In this document: in pieces, positions 10,056-21,884 of the stretch
Numbering within the stretch: the first letter of the stretch is position 1
Layout of the letters: the number at the start of each line of letters is the position of its first letter
NCBI GenBank assembly: GCA_020633435.1
Contig: JACKDP010000010.1
Span: 184,154-248,153, forward strand
Direction of reading: 5' to 3'
Length of the DNA: 64,000 nucleotides
Origin: Myxococcales bacterium
GTDB taxonomy: Bacteria > Myxococcota_A > Bradymonadia > UBA7976 > UBA1532
Program-made: the position numbers and the translations under genes
The notes under the pieces: model-generated
Seen by the model: only the letters and a program-made list of their open reading frames with translations
Told to the model about the DNA's origin: nothing
Database searches by the model: none

Positions 10056-10182
10056 CGGCGCTCCACGGGCCAGACGTCTCGCGCCACGTTACTGACCTGT
10101 CGCGCCAACGTCCATCTGGCGCTTGAATCGGACGGGGCGGCCTCGCAGGATGCGTCCGGGATCAGGCTGGGAGAGCACGTCC

Positions 10183-10308
10183 ATGAAGCGAATCATTCCA
10201 CTGCTGCTGGGTTTGGCCCTCTGGGGCTGCGATGACGGCGGGGGAGGCGGCGCCGGTGGGGCCGGCGGCACCCGGCCGACATGGGCGCCGGCAGCGCGGG
10301 CGGCATAG
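10183..10308 (+). other. Orphan lipoprotein signal peptide, probably the true N-terminus of the giant protein but out of frame with it
   Basis: ATG 10183 encodes MKRIIPLLLGLALWGC|DDGGGGGAGGAGG in frame 1 and stops at TAG 10306-10308. The giant ORF body is in frame 2. Confidence 0.6.
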
Positions 10309-13300
10309 CCGGCGCGGGCAGTGGCGCTGGCAGGCCGGCGGCATGGCCGGCGCGGGCGGCAGGGGCCGGCGGCGCGGGCGGCATGGCCTGGCGCGGGCGG
10401 CGGGGCCCGGCGGCGCGGGCGGCATGGCCGGCGCGGGCGGCAGGGCCGGCGGCGCGGGCGGCATGGCCGGCGCGGGCGGCGGTGAGGGCGGCATGGGCGG
10501 CGAAGGCGGCATGGCCGGCGCCGGCGGGGGCATGGGCGGCGCCGGTGGCGGCGAGCCCGGCCTCGAGAGCCTCGTGATCGCGCCCGATCCCATCGAGGTC
10601 CTCGTGGGCAGCACCGCCCATGTGCGGGTGACGGGGCGCTTCTCCGACGCCAGCGAGGCCGATCTCACCGCCGACGTGGAGTGGCAGGTGGCCAACCCGG
10701 CCATCGCCGGCGTCGGGCCCCTGGACGAGGAGGGCCGCGCCCTCATCGGCCTGGGCCAGGGCAGCACCACCCTCATCGCCCGCCTCGGGCCCGTCGTCAG
10801 CGCGCCGGGCACCGTGGACGTCGTCGGCGTCCGCGTCGAGCGGCTGACCATCGAGCCCGACATGGTGCAGGTGCCCGCCGGCCGGACGGCCGAGCTGCGG
10901 GCCTTCGCCGTCTTCAACGACGGCAACCGCGCCGACGTGACGACGCTCGCCGCGTGGCAGAGCGCCAACCCGGTGGTGGCCGAGGTCTCCAACGACGCGG
11001 GCCGCCAGGGCGTCGTCGCCGGCCGCGTGCCGGGCCGCACCACCGTCACCGCCAGCTACGAGGGCCTCGTCACCCTGCCGGCCGCCGTGGAGGTGACCGA
11101 CGCGGCGCTGCTGGCCCTCGAGATCGCGCCCCAGGCCCCCGTCGTCCCCCTCGGCGAGGGCCTGGCCTTCACCGCCATGGGCGTCTTCGGCGACGGCGCC
11201 CGGCGCGACGTCACCGGCGAGGTGGCCTGGGCCTCCAGCCGCGAGGACGTGGCGCGCTTCGTCGACGATGGCAACGCCGTCGAGACGGTGGCGGCCGGCG
11301 AGGCCCAGATCACCGCGACGCTCGGCGCCCTGACCAGCCCCCCCACCACCCTGACCGTGACGGACGCCCGCGTCGTCGCCCTCGCCGTCCGCCTGGACGC
11401 CGCCGAGATCGTGGTGGGCCGCACCGTGGCCGGCCACGCCGAGGCCACCCTGAGCGACGGCCAGATCGTCGACGCCACCAACACCGTGGCCTGGCTGTCG
11501 TCGGCCCCCGCGGTGGCGACGGTGAACGCCCAGGGCCAGGTCACCGGCCGGGGCCCCGGCGTGGCCCGCATCAGCGCGCGCAGCGGCGGCGTCGATAGCC
11601 CCGAGGTGGAGATCCGCATCGTGGCCGTGGCCCTGGTGGGCCTGGCGGTGGATCCGGCGGCCGCGACCGTCGGCGTGGGCGAGGTCGTCGGCCTGCGCGC
11701 CACGGGCACCTTCAACGACGGCAGCTCGGCCGACGTGACGGCCCAGGCCCGCTGGCAGAGCGCCAACCCGGTCATCGCCCAGGTGGGGGACGCCGGCGCC
11801 GACAAGGGCCGCGTCACCGGCCTGGCCGCCGGGCAGACCCGCGTGACGGCCTCCCTGGACGGGCAGGCCGCCGGCGCCGACGTCGAGGTGCGCGCCGCGG
11901 CCCTGGAGCGCGTCGAGGTGACCCCCGACGCCGTGGAGCTGGCCGTGGGCCAGAGCCGCCGGCTCGTCGCCACCGCCTTCTTCGATGACGGCAGCCGCCG
12001 CGACGTCACCGCCGAGGCCACCTGGGAGACGGACGCCCCCGACGTGGCCAGCGTCCAGGCCGACGGCCCCGACCGCGGCCTCGTGACGGCCCTGGGCGAG
12101 GGCGACGCCGCCATCACCGCGACGCTGGCCGGCGTGGCCAGTGGCCCGGCCGCCATCCACGTCACCGCCCCCGAGCTGGTGAGCGTGCGCGTCGATCCCG
12201 CCGACGCCTCCGTGGTCATCGGCGAGGCCGTCCAGCTCCGGGCCCTCGGCACCTACAGCGATGAAACCATTGTGGATTTGACGGAGCAGGCCCAGTGGGT
12301 CTCGGGCGACGCCGCCGTCGCGGCCGTCTCCAACGCCCCCGGCACCCGCGGCCGCGTCAGCGGCCTGGCCCTGGGCGAGACGGACGTGCGCGCCTCCTTC
12401 GGCGGGGAGCTCTCGGCCCCGGTCCGCGTCACCGTGCTGCCCGTGCCCAACCGCGCCCCGGTCGTCCGCCTCGTCTGCCCCGAGATCGGCCGCGAGGGCG
12501 AGGCCCTGCTGTTCAGCGCCGCCGGCTCCCAGGATCCCGACGGCGCCATCGCCGGCTACGCCTGGCGCTTCGGCGACGGCACCCCGCCCGTGGACACCGG
12601 CCTCGATCCCGAGGTGAGCTACACCTACCAGCAGAGCGGCCCCTTCATCGTCGAGGTCACCGTCCAGGATGACGGCGGCGCCCGGGCCACGGCCCGCTGC
12701 AACGTGAACATCAGCAGCGCCGACGCGCCCCGCGTCCGCCTCGTGCGGCCCCAGGGCGTGCGCCTGACCACCCAGGGCGAGGTCATCGACGTGCTCGTCG
12801 ACGCCCGCCCGGGCCCCGGCCGCGACGTCGTCTCCACCGCCATCCTCGTGGACGGCGTCGAGGTGGACACCGATGAGGCGGCCCCCTACGAGATGCAGCT
12901 CACCATCCCCCTCGAGGCCGCCACCGGCTCGACGCTGCGCCTCGTGGCCCGGGGCGTCGACGACCGCGGCGACGTGGGCCTGTCGGAGGCCACGCTGCTG
13001 CAGGTGGAGAACGAGCTGCCGGTGCCCGGCTTCGTGGCGGTGCCCGTGGACGTGCGCCGCGTGCACGTCGACGCCTCGGCCGTCCGCGACGACACCACCG
13101 ACCTGGAGAACCTGCAGGTCCGCTGGGACTTCCAGGACGATGGGGAGTGGGACACGCCCTTCAGCGTCGAGAAGACCGCTGACTTCGTCTACCCGGACGA
13201 TGGCGAGTACACCATCCGCATGCAGGTGCGGGACAACATCGGCCAGGTGGCGAGCACCACCCGGCAGGTGCGGTTCGTGGACCGCCTGGTGGCCTTCGGC

Positions 13301-15895
13301 GACGTGGACTCCCAGGTCTGGTTCGGCACCGTCCTCGTGACCGGCGACGTGCGCGTCCTGCCCGGCCACACCCTCACCATCGCTGCGGGCACCCAGGTTC
13401 TGTTCGTCTACCAGGACCAGGACAACAACCAGATCGGCGACCTGACGCTGCGGGTCGAGGGCCGCCTGCTGGTGCAGGGCGAGCCGGACAACCCGGTCGT
13501 CTTCACCCCCGCCGAGCCCGGCGCCGACGACGATCGCTGGGACCGCATCCTGCTCGTCGGCGACCAGCCGAGCCTCATCGAGCACGCGGTCATCGAGAAC
13601 GCCACCGCCGGCATCGAGTCGCGGGACGGCTCCGACTTCACCGGCGTTAGCGTTCGAAACATGCGGGATCACTGCATTTTGCTGAACGGCGGCGCGGACG
13701 TCACCCTCGACGACGTGACCCTGAGCGACTGCCGCGAGGGCCTGGGCCTGCTCAACGTGCAGCGCGTGCTCATGACCGGCTCGCGCGTCATCGACAGCCG
13801 CCAGCGCGGCATCTACGCCCGCAACAACAGCAGCTTCGAGCTGCGGGACTCGACGGTGCAGGGCGCGGGGACCATCGGCCTGCAGGCCGACGGCGGCGCC
13901 ATGTCGGTGCAGGGCAGCGTCATCGAGCGCGGCGCCGGTGACGGCCTCCTGCAGACCGAGGGCAGCCTGCAGATGGCCGACAGCGAGGTCCGGCGCAACG
14001 GCGGCCGCGGCCTCTGGCTGCGCGGCGCCCTGGCGGGCACCGTGACCCACAACCAGATCGTCGAGAACGCCAACGAGGGCGTGCACCTGCTCGACCTGGC
14101 CGGCCGCAGCCCGACCATCGCCGTGCGCAGCAACAACATCCACTCCAACGGGGCCGCCGGCGCGCTGCGCGGGGTCGTCCAGACGCCCCGCCTCACCGCC
14201 ACGGACGCGACCTCCGGCAGCGTCCCGGTGGTGTCGGCCGCGTATCGGCCCGGCCAGCGCATCCTCAACGCGGCCTTCACCTGCGACATCCCCGCAGGCG
14301 CCCGCGGCCGCTGCGAGCTGCGCACGGACGCCGGGGCCGTCGTGCGCACCCTCAACGCCACCGGCTCGGCCAGCGTCGATCTCTCGGGCGCCGACGTCCG
14401 GCAGATCACCGTCGCGGCCAACCGCGACTGCTGCGACAACGTGGCCGCCGTCCTGGCCGAGGTCACCCTGGAGACGCCCTCGCCGGCCGTGCAGGCCGTC
14501 GTCAACCACGACGGCACGACGAACCTGCGCGACAACTTCCTGGGCGTCTACCCCGACGTCATGAGCGCCGTCGCCCTCTCGCATCCGCAAGTGGCTGATC
14601 TGCAAGGGTTCGTGGGCGTGCCCTACGACGAGAGCTGGGACCGCGGCCCGTACTACGCCGGCGGCCTGCCCGGCAACACGGTGTGGCGGGACACGGTCTA
14701 CATCAGCGGCGACGTGACGGTGCCGGCGGGGGCCACCCTGACCATCGAGCCGGGCACCCAGATCCTGGTGGCCCCGGTGGACCAGGAAGGCAACGGCATC
14801 GGCGACTACAACATCCGCACGGACGGGACGCTGGTCGCGCGCGGCACCGCCGTGGCGCCCATCGTGTTCACCGTCGACGACCCGCAGCCCAGCAACCGCG
14901 ACTGGGTCGGCCTCGAGGTCATGGGCGCGGCCTCGGCCCTCGAGCGCGTGGTCATCGAGCACGCCGTGACCGGCCTGCTGGCCCAGGGCATGGGCCTGGA
15001 CGTCCAGGACGTCATCCTGCGCCAGAACATCCTCGGCCTGCGCGTCACCGCCGGCGCGCCCACCATCGCCCGCATCCGCATCCAGGATCAGGTGGGCACC
15101 GGCGCCCTGCTGGCGTCGGCGGTCACGCTCACCGACGCCCTGGTGACGCGCAACGGCCAGTGGGGCCTGGAGATCACCGGCGGCCTCGTCACCGTCGACC
15201 ACGCCGAGATCACCGACAACACGGACCAGGGCGTCGTGGTGCGCGCCACCGGCAACGCCCGCTTCACGGCCAGCCGCGTGACCTTCAACGGCGGCGCCGG
15301 CTTCTACGTCCACAGCCTGGCGGCGACGAACCCCCAGCTCGCCATCGAGGGCAGCAACATCTTCGGCAACGCGGCCGGGGAGGGGGGCGTGGGCGCCTGG
15401 GTGGCCCGCACCGCCAACATCAACGTGAGCGCCGTCGACGCGACCAGCGGGTCCGTCCCGGTCCTGTCGGCCGTGAACCGGCCGGGCTTCCCCATCGAGG
15501 AGGTCTTCGTCCGCCTGACGGTGCCCGCGGGCGCCCGCGGCTGGGGCGAGGTGCAGACGGAGGCCGGCGCGGCCGTGTCGCGCCTGAGCAGCGACGGGCA
15601 GACGCGCTGGGTGCCCATGAACCGCGCGCCGGCCTTCCGCGTCGCCGCCAACCGTGACTGCTGCGACAACGTGAGCATCCAGGCGACCACGCTGCGGCTC
15701 GTCGAGGAGGGCGTCGCCGGCGTCGAGCTGAGCGCTGGCATCTACGCGGCCAACCGCGTCACCCTCACCAACGACTTCTGGGGGGGCGAGCCGCGCTTCG
15801 GCGAGCGCCTGCGCGAGGTCACCGTCGGCTCCATCCAGCTCGTCGGCTTCCAGCCCGCCCAGATCCCCGGCACCGGGCCCCGCCAGCTCCCCTGA
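10232..15895 (+). CDS. Giant surface protein: Gly/Ala/Met linker, about 8 bacterial Ig-like (Big_2-type) repeats, PKD-like domain, two parallel beta-helix modules
   Basis: 1887-aa ORF. Repeated 'VTP/IAPD...V.VG....L.A.G.FSDGS..DVT..A.W.S.NP.VA.V' units run from about 10570 to 12430. A PKD-like segment is 'SQDPDGAIAGYAWRFGDGT...YTY...G.F.V.V.V.D'. Two beta-helix modules each end in 'DATSGSVPV...AANRDCCDNV'. The listed start at 10232 has no signal peptide (see findings). Confidence 0.85.
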   Translation: MTAGEAAPVGPAAPGRHGRRQRGRHSRRGQWRWQAGGMAGAGGRGRRRGRHGLARAAGPGGAGGMAGAGGRAGGAGGMAGAGGGEGGMGGEGGMAGAGGGMGGAGGGEPGLESLVIAPDPIEVLVGSTAHVRVTGRFSDASEADLTADVEWQVANPAIAGVGPLDEEGRALIGLGQGSTTLIARLGPVVSAPGTVDVVGVRVERLTIEPDMVQVPAGRTAELRAFAVFNDGNRADVTTLAAWQSANPVVAEVSNDAGRQGVVAGRVPGRTTVTASYEGLVTLPAAVEVTDAALLALEIAPQAPVVPLGEGLAFTAMGVFGDGARRDVTGEVAWASSREDVARFVDDGNAVETVAAGEAQITATLGALTSPPTTLTVTDARVVALAVRLDAAEIVVGRTVAGHAEATLSDGQIVDATNTVAWLSSAPAVATVNAQGQVTGRGPGVARISARSGGVDSPEVEIRIVAVALVGLAVDPAAATVGVGEVVGLRATGTFNDGSSADVTAQARWQSANPVIAQVGDAGADKGRVTGLAAGQTRVTASLDGQAAGADVEVRAAALERVEVTPDAVELAVGQSRRLVATAFFDDGSRRDVTAEATWETDAPDVASVQADGPDRGLVTALGEGDAAITATLAGVASGPAAIHVTAPELVSVRVDPADASVVIGEAVQLRALGTYSDETIVDLTEQAQWVSGDAAVAAVSNAPGTRGRVSGLALGETDVRASFGGELSAPVRVTVLPVPNRAPVVRLVCPEIGREGEALLFSAAGSQDPDGAIAGYAWRFGDGTPPVDTGLDPEVSYTYQQSGPFIVEVTVQDDGGARATARCNVNISSADAPRVRLVRPQGVRLTTQGEVIDVLVDARPGPGRDVVSTAILVDGVEVDTDEAAPYEMQLTIPLEAATGSTLRLVARGVDDRGDVGLSEATLLQVENELPVPGFVAVPVDVRRVHVDASAVRDDTTDLENLQVRWDFQDDGEWDTPFSVEKTADFVYPDDGEYTIRMQVRDNIGQVASTTRQVRFVDRLVAFGDVDSQVWFGTVLVTGDVRVLPGHTLTIAAGTQVLFVYQDQDNNQIGDLTLRVEGRLLVQGEPDNPVVFTPAEPGADDDRWDRILLVGDQPSLIEHAVIENATAGIESRDGSDFTGVSVRNMRDHCILLNGGADVTLDDVTLSDCREGLGLLNVQRVLMTGSRVIDSRQRGIYARNNSSFELRDSTVQGAGTIGLQADGGAMSVQGSVIERGAGDGLLQTEGSLQMADSEVRRNGGRGLWLRGALAGTVTHNQIVENANEGVHLLDLAGRSPTIAVRSNNIHSNGAAGALRGVVQTPRLTATDATSGSVPVVSAAYRPGQRILNAAFTCDIPAGARGRCELRTDAGAVVRTLNATGSASVDLSGADVRQITVAANRDCCDNVAAVLAEVTLETPSPAVQAVVNHDGTTNLRDNFLGVYPDVMSAVALSHPQVADLQGFVGVPYDESWDRGPYYAGGLPGNTVWRDTVYISGDVTVPAGATLTIEPGTQILVAPVDQEGNGIGDYNIRTDGTLVARGTAVAPIVFTVDDPQPSNRDWVGLEVMGAASALERVVIEHAVTGLLAQGMGLDVQDVILRQNILGLRVTAGAPTIARIRIQDQVGTGALLASAVTLTDALVTRNGQWGLEITGGLVTVDHAEITDNTDQGVVVRATGNARFTASRVTFNGGAGFYVHSLAATNPQLAIEGSNIFGNAAGEGGVGAWVARTANINVSAVDATSGSVPVLSAVNRPGFPIEEVFVRLTVPAGARGWGEVQTEAGAAVSRLSSDGQTRWVPMNRAPAFRVAANRDCCDNVSIQATTLRLVEEGVAGVELSAGIYAANRVTLTNDFWGGEPRFGERLREVTVGSIQLVGFQPAQIPGTGPRQLP
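10340..10480 (+). repeat. 39-nt tandem coding repeat (about 3.5 units, unit encodes G-M-A-G-A-G-G-R-A-G-G-A-G)
   Basis: The unit 'ggcatggccggcgcgggcggcagggccggcggcgcgggc' is perfect at 10421-10459. Copies at 10340-10379 and 10380-10420 are 40 and 41 nt long because of single extra bases. It sits within a wider Gly/Ala/Met-coding tract (about 10240-10555). Confidence 0.85.
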
Positions 15896-15917
15896 TCAGG
15901 GGTCGCCCTTCGATTTC

Positions 15918-15935
<18 letters not shown>
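15889..15935. terminator. Putative bidirectional terminator: 14-nt palindrome plus 13-bp hairpin between convergent genes
   Basis: 'cccctgatcagggg' (15889-15902) is a perfect palindrome containing the giant gene's TGA. 'cccttcgatttcc' (15906-15918) pairs with 'ggaagtcgaaggg' (15923-15935) with one G-U pair and loop 'taaa'. The right arm lies in the last codons of priA. No U-tract follows. Confidence 0.45.
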
Positions 15936-18311
<2,376 letters not shown>

Positions 18312-18522
18312 GCCCCTCCCCAGAAGTGTGCTCGGCGACCCCCGTGCGGGTCGGTCGCGCAGTGTCGCCCGAACTGGCCGGTCTGAGAAGCCAACGTCAA
18401 CCTTTCTGCCCGCGCTGGAATCCGGTACGCTCATGGAGAACCAGCGGAACGAAGCGCGAAGGCGCGCTCCACGGTGCACTTCCGCTGGGCGATTGTGTTC
18501 GCTGTACGCGAGAGAGGGAGTC

Positions 18523-19009
18523 ATGTCCATCCAGGTGACCATCCCGACATCCGCCCTGACCGACCCGACCGTCGCCGCGGCGCTCGCCCGCCTGATCGAG
18601 GCGCTGGCGGATGTCGATCCTGCGCAGGGCGAGCCGGCCGCGGCCGCCCCGGCGGCCGCGGCGGACCGCCGCCCCGGCCGCCCCCCGGGGCTCGCGCAAG
18701 GCGAGCCGGGCGCGCAACCTGGCGCCGGTGCCGCCCCTGGCCGCCGAGCCGGGGGCGGGGGACCTCGACGCCTTCCTGGCAGCGCTCCCCGAGCGGTCGC
18801 GGGCGTTCTTGCTGCTGGTCCGGGAGCGCGGCGTGCTGGGCATCGACGAGGCCATGGAGCGCCTCGACATCCAGGCCGGCAAGGCGGTGGGCGGGCTGAC
18901 CGGATCCATCGCGCGCTGGGCGCCGGTGCATGGGGTCGAGGTGCCCTTCACCGCCATCCAGGGCATCGACGGCAAGCGCGCCTGGCGGTGGACGGGCGAA
19001 GGCGCCTGA
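18523..19009 (+). pseudogene. Paralog 1 of an unassigned tandem family; apparent 1-nt frameshift in the Pro/Ala linker
   Basis: The N-terminal module 'MSIQVTIPTSALTDPTVAAALARLIEALADV' is in frame 1 (ATG 18523). The conserved C-terminal module 'DLDAFLAALPERSRAFLLLVRERGVLGIDEAMERLDIQAGKAVGGLTGSIARWAPVHGVEVPFTAIQGIDGKRAWRW' is in frame 2 (ORF 18611..19009). Both modules are collinear in paralogs 2 and 3. Confidence 0.6.
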
Positions 19010-19233
19010 GCTGACCGTCGGCAGAGCCCGGGCCCCCGGCGCGCGCAGAGCGCGGCCCGGGTGGACCCTCGATCCCAGGCCGTCGAGCCTGACGCGAAGG
19101 CCGCGCCGCCTGCCAAACCGTCCGCGAAGGACTGGAATTCGTGGACCTTTCGGCCCGCCTCTGATACAGGATGACCATCGAATCACTGGATGACTTCCGA
19201 CCCGGAAGGGGAAGTCAAGAGGACGAAAACACG

Positions 19234-20094
<861 letters not shown>

Positions 20095-20184
20095 CCTCGG
20101 CCGCCTCGACGCGCCCAGGCGGCCTGGGCCCTGGCCTGCGCGAACTCCCCTTGCGTCTGCCACCCCTCGCCTGATAACATCATT

Positions 20185-20245
20185 CATCACTCGTCTCGGG
20201 ATGGGAACGCCTCCCCCCGAGCACCGCTCCCCTACTCGAGTGATG
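20185..20245 (+). promoter_or_regulatory. Nested stem-loop in a lower-GC intergenic region upstream of paralog 3
   Basis: 'catcactcg' (20185-20193) is the exact reverse complement of 'cgagtgatg' (20237-20245). Nested inside, 'ctcggg' (20195-20200) pairs with 'cccgag' (20216-20221). Function unknown: terminator of paralog 2, 5' leader of paralog 3, or a small RNA. Confidence 0.35.
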
Positions 20246-20357
20246 GCATGAAATGTAGTGGCATGTAGGCCTTGAGGCTACAGCCCGGGAGCACGCGCCG
20301 GTTCGCGGCGGCCGCCTGGCCTCCACGGACCGCTTCTCTTCCATGGGGTAGGTATCC

Positions 20358-21338
20358 ATGTCGGTGACGCTCACCATTCCGACGGCTTTGCTTCGGATCC
20401 CCCGTGTGGCGGAGGCAGTCGAAGAGTTCATCTTCGTCCTGGCCGGGCAGGCCATGGCCCCCGCGGTGGCGCCGGTCGAGGCGCCCGCCGAGCCGGCCCC
20501 GGTCGCCGCGCACCCTCCGCCGCTCCCTGCCGCTCCCCCGGCGCCCGCCCGCCGCCCCGTCGCCCTGCCGCCCCCGGCGCCTCGCCGACGGACGCGCCCC
20601 GCGGTGGTGCCGGTGGCCGAGGGCCTGACGGGCTACGAGGCCTTCGAGGCCGCGCTGCCGGCCACCTCGCGCCGCTTCCTCGCCCTCGTGCGCGCCCGTG
20701 GCACCGTGGGCGTCGGCGCGGTCATGGAGGAGCTCGGCCTGGCCACCACCAAGGCCGTGGGCGGCATCACCGGCGCCATCGGGCGCTGGGCGCCCGAGCG
20801 CGGGGTGGCGCTGCCGTATGAAATCCTGACCATCGATGGCGAGCGCGCGTGGCGATGGCTCGATGGTCGCCCGGCCGAGGAGGCGCCCGTGGCCGAGGAG
20901 GCGCCAGCCGCGCCGCCCCCGCGTCCGCGCCCACGGCTGGTGAAGCCGACGCCACCCCCCGCGCCCGCGGTGCCCGAGGTGGTCGAGGCACCGGCACCCA
21001 CACTGGACGATGTGTATGGGCAGCTCTCCTCGATGGCGCGCAAGCTCGTGGACGCCGTGCGTGAGGCGCGCTCCCTGACGCGCCAGGACGCCGTGAACGC
21101 CCTCGGCCTGAGCAAGGCCTCGGGCCTGAGCCCGATCGTCAACGAGATCAGGTCGTTGTGTGATCCGCTCGGTCTCAGGTTCTTCCAGGACACCGTGGAC
21201 TACCGCGGCGTGAACGTCTACGAGTGGGCCGCCCCGCTGCCCGCCGCCGCGACGGCGCCCGGCGCCCCCGCGACGGACGAGGCCGATCGGGAGTTCGCGA
21301 CGGACGGGGTCATCCGCCGGCGCCGCAAGTCGAGCTGA
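20358..21338 (+). CDS. Paralog 3 of the unassigned family (two winged-helix-like modules)
   Basis: 326-aa ORF. N-terminus is 'MSVTLTIPTALLRIPRVAEAVEEFIFVLAG'. Module 1 is 'FEAALPATSRRFLALVRARGTVGVGAVMEELGLATTKAVGGITGAIGRWAPERGVALPY...GERAWRW'. The second, degenerate module is 'ARKLVDAVREARSLTRQDAVNALGLSKASGLSPIVNEIR'. Confidence 0.75.
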   Translation: MSVTLTIPTALLRIPRVAEAVEEFIFVLAGQAMAPAVAPVEAPAEPAPVAAHPPPLPAAPPAPARRPVALPPPAPRRRTRPAVVPVAEGLTGYEAFEAALPATSRRFLALVRARGTVGVGAVMEELGLATTKAVGGITGAIGRWAPERGVALPYEILTIDGERAWRWLDGRPAEEAPVAEEAPAAPPPRPRPRLVKPTPPPAPAVPEVVEAPAPTLDDVYGQLSSMARKLVDAVREARSLTRQDAVNALGLSKASGLSPIVNEIRSLCDPLGLRFFQDTVDYRGVNVYEWAAPLPAAATAPGAPATDEADREFATDGVIRRRRKSS

Positions 21339-21356
21339 TCCGGGACGAGCGGTCGC

Positions 21357-21794
21357 TCAGGGGCACTGCCGGCCCGGCCCGGCGCCCAGCAGGACGGGGC
21401 TGCCCTCGACGCGGCCCCGCAGCGCGATGAGACCGCCGCTCGCCTCGCTTCCACCCCCCGACACATCGATGCCGGCGCCCGGGGCGAACTCGATCACGGG
21501 CGCCTCGAGCAGGACCATGCCGCCGCTGCCGGCCCCCCCGCGGCCGCCGCCGCCGGCGCCCGCCAGGCCAGGGCCAGGCCCCGCCACGGCGCTTCCGGCG
21601 CCCCTGCGGCCGGCGCCGGCGCCACAGTCGCCGCACGCCTCGCAGGGCGGACCGCCGCCCGCCCCGCCATCGGCCGGGCCCGCTTCGCCGCAGGCCGTCA
21701 GCATGCCGCGGATGACGATGCGATCCGTCGCGGTCAGGACGATGGCGCCGCCGCCAGGGCCGCCGCGGCCGCCGCCGCCGCCGCCGGGGGCCAC
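21357..21794 (-). CDS. Glycine-rich beta-helix-like protein segment (probably the C-terminal half of the gene starting at 22475)
   Basis: 145-aa ORF with the periodic pattern 'GGGGGGRGGPGGGAIVLTATDRIVIRGMLTACG...GGGGRGGAGSGGMVLLEAPVIEF..GIDVSGGGSEASGGLIALRG'. No signal peptide. Same reading frame as ORF 21885..22544. Confidence 0.5.
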   Translation of the reverse strand: MAPGGGGGGRGGPGGGAIVLTATDRIVIRGMLTACGEAGPADGGAGGGPPCEACGDCGAGAGRRGAGSAVAGPGPGLAGAGGGGRGGAGSGGMVLLEAPVIEFAPGAGIDVSGGGSEASGGLIALRGRVEGSPVLLGAGPGRQCP

Positions 21795-21884
21795 GCAGCC
21801 CGACGCCTCGGCGCGCGCGGCCGCCGCCGCCGCCGCCCGCCATCGCCCAGCCGGAAGCGCACCGCGCTGACGTTGTCGCAGCTG

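Noticed and set aside
10340-10480. Possible CRISPR array (regular ~39-nt repeats here, ~27-nt repeats at 48047-48241)
   Set aside because: The repeats are contiguous with no unique spacers. They lie inside coding sequence and encode Gly/Ala/Met linkers. No cas genes are present.
10193-15313. 1706-aa minus-strand ORF opposite the giant surface protein
   Set aside because: The translation is low-complexity (G/A/D/V/H-rich). The plus strand shows ordered Big_2, PKD and beta-helix repeats.
18411-18430. Sigma-54-type promoters upstream of the paralogs ('CTGGAATCCGGTACGCT' at 18415, 'CTGGAATTCGTGGACCT' at 19132, 'TGGCATG...' at 20244 and 20260)
   Set aside because: Only the first fits GG-N10-GC spacing, and it matches the TGGCAC-N5-TTGC consensus poorly. 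The shared 'CTGGAATYCG' about 105 nt upstream of paralogs 1 and 2 is short enough to be chance. I noted it but do not claim it.
21427-21870. 147-aa plus-strand ORF and the 177-aa minus-strand ORF 21310..21843 across the Gly-rich region
   Set aside because: The translations are Pro- or Arg-rich alternate-frame readings of (GGC)n-type sequence. The Gly-frame reading has a structured beta-helix-like periodicity.
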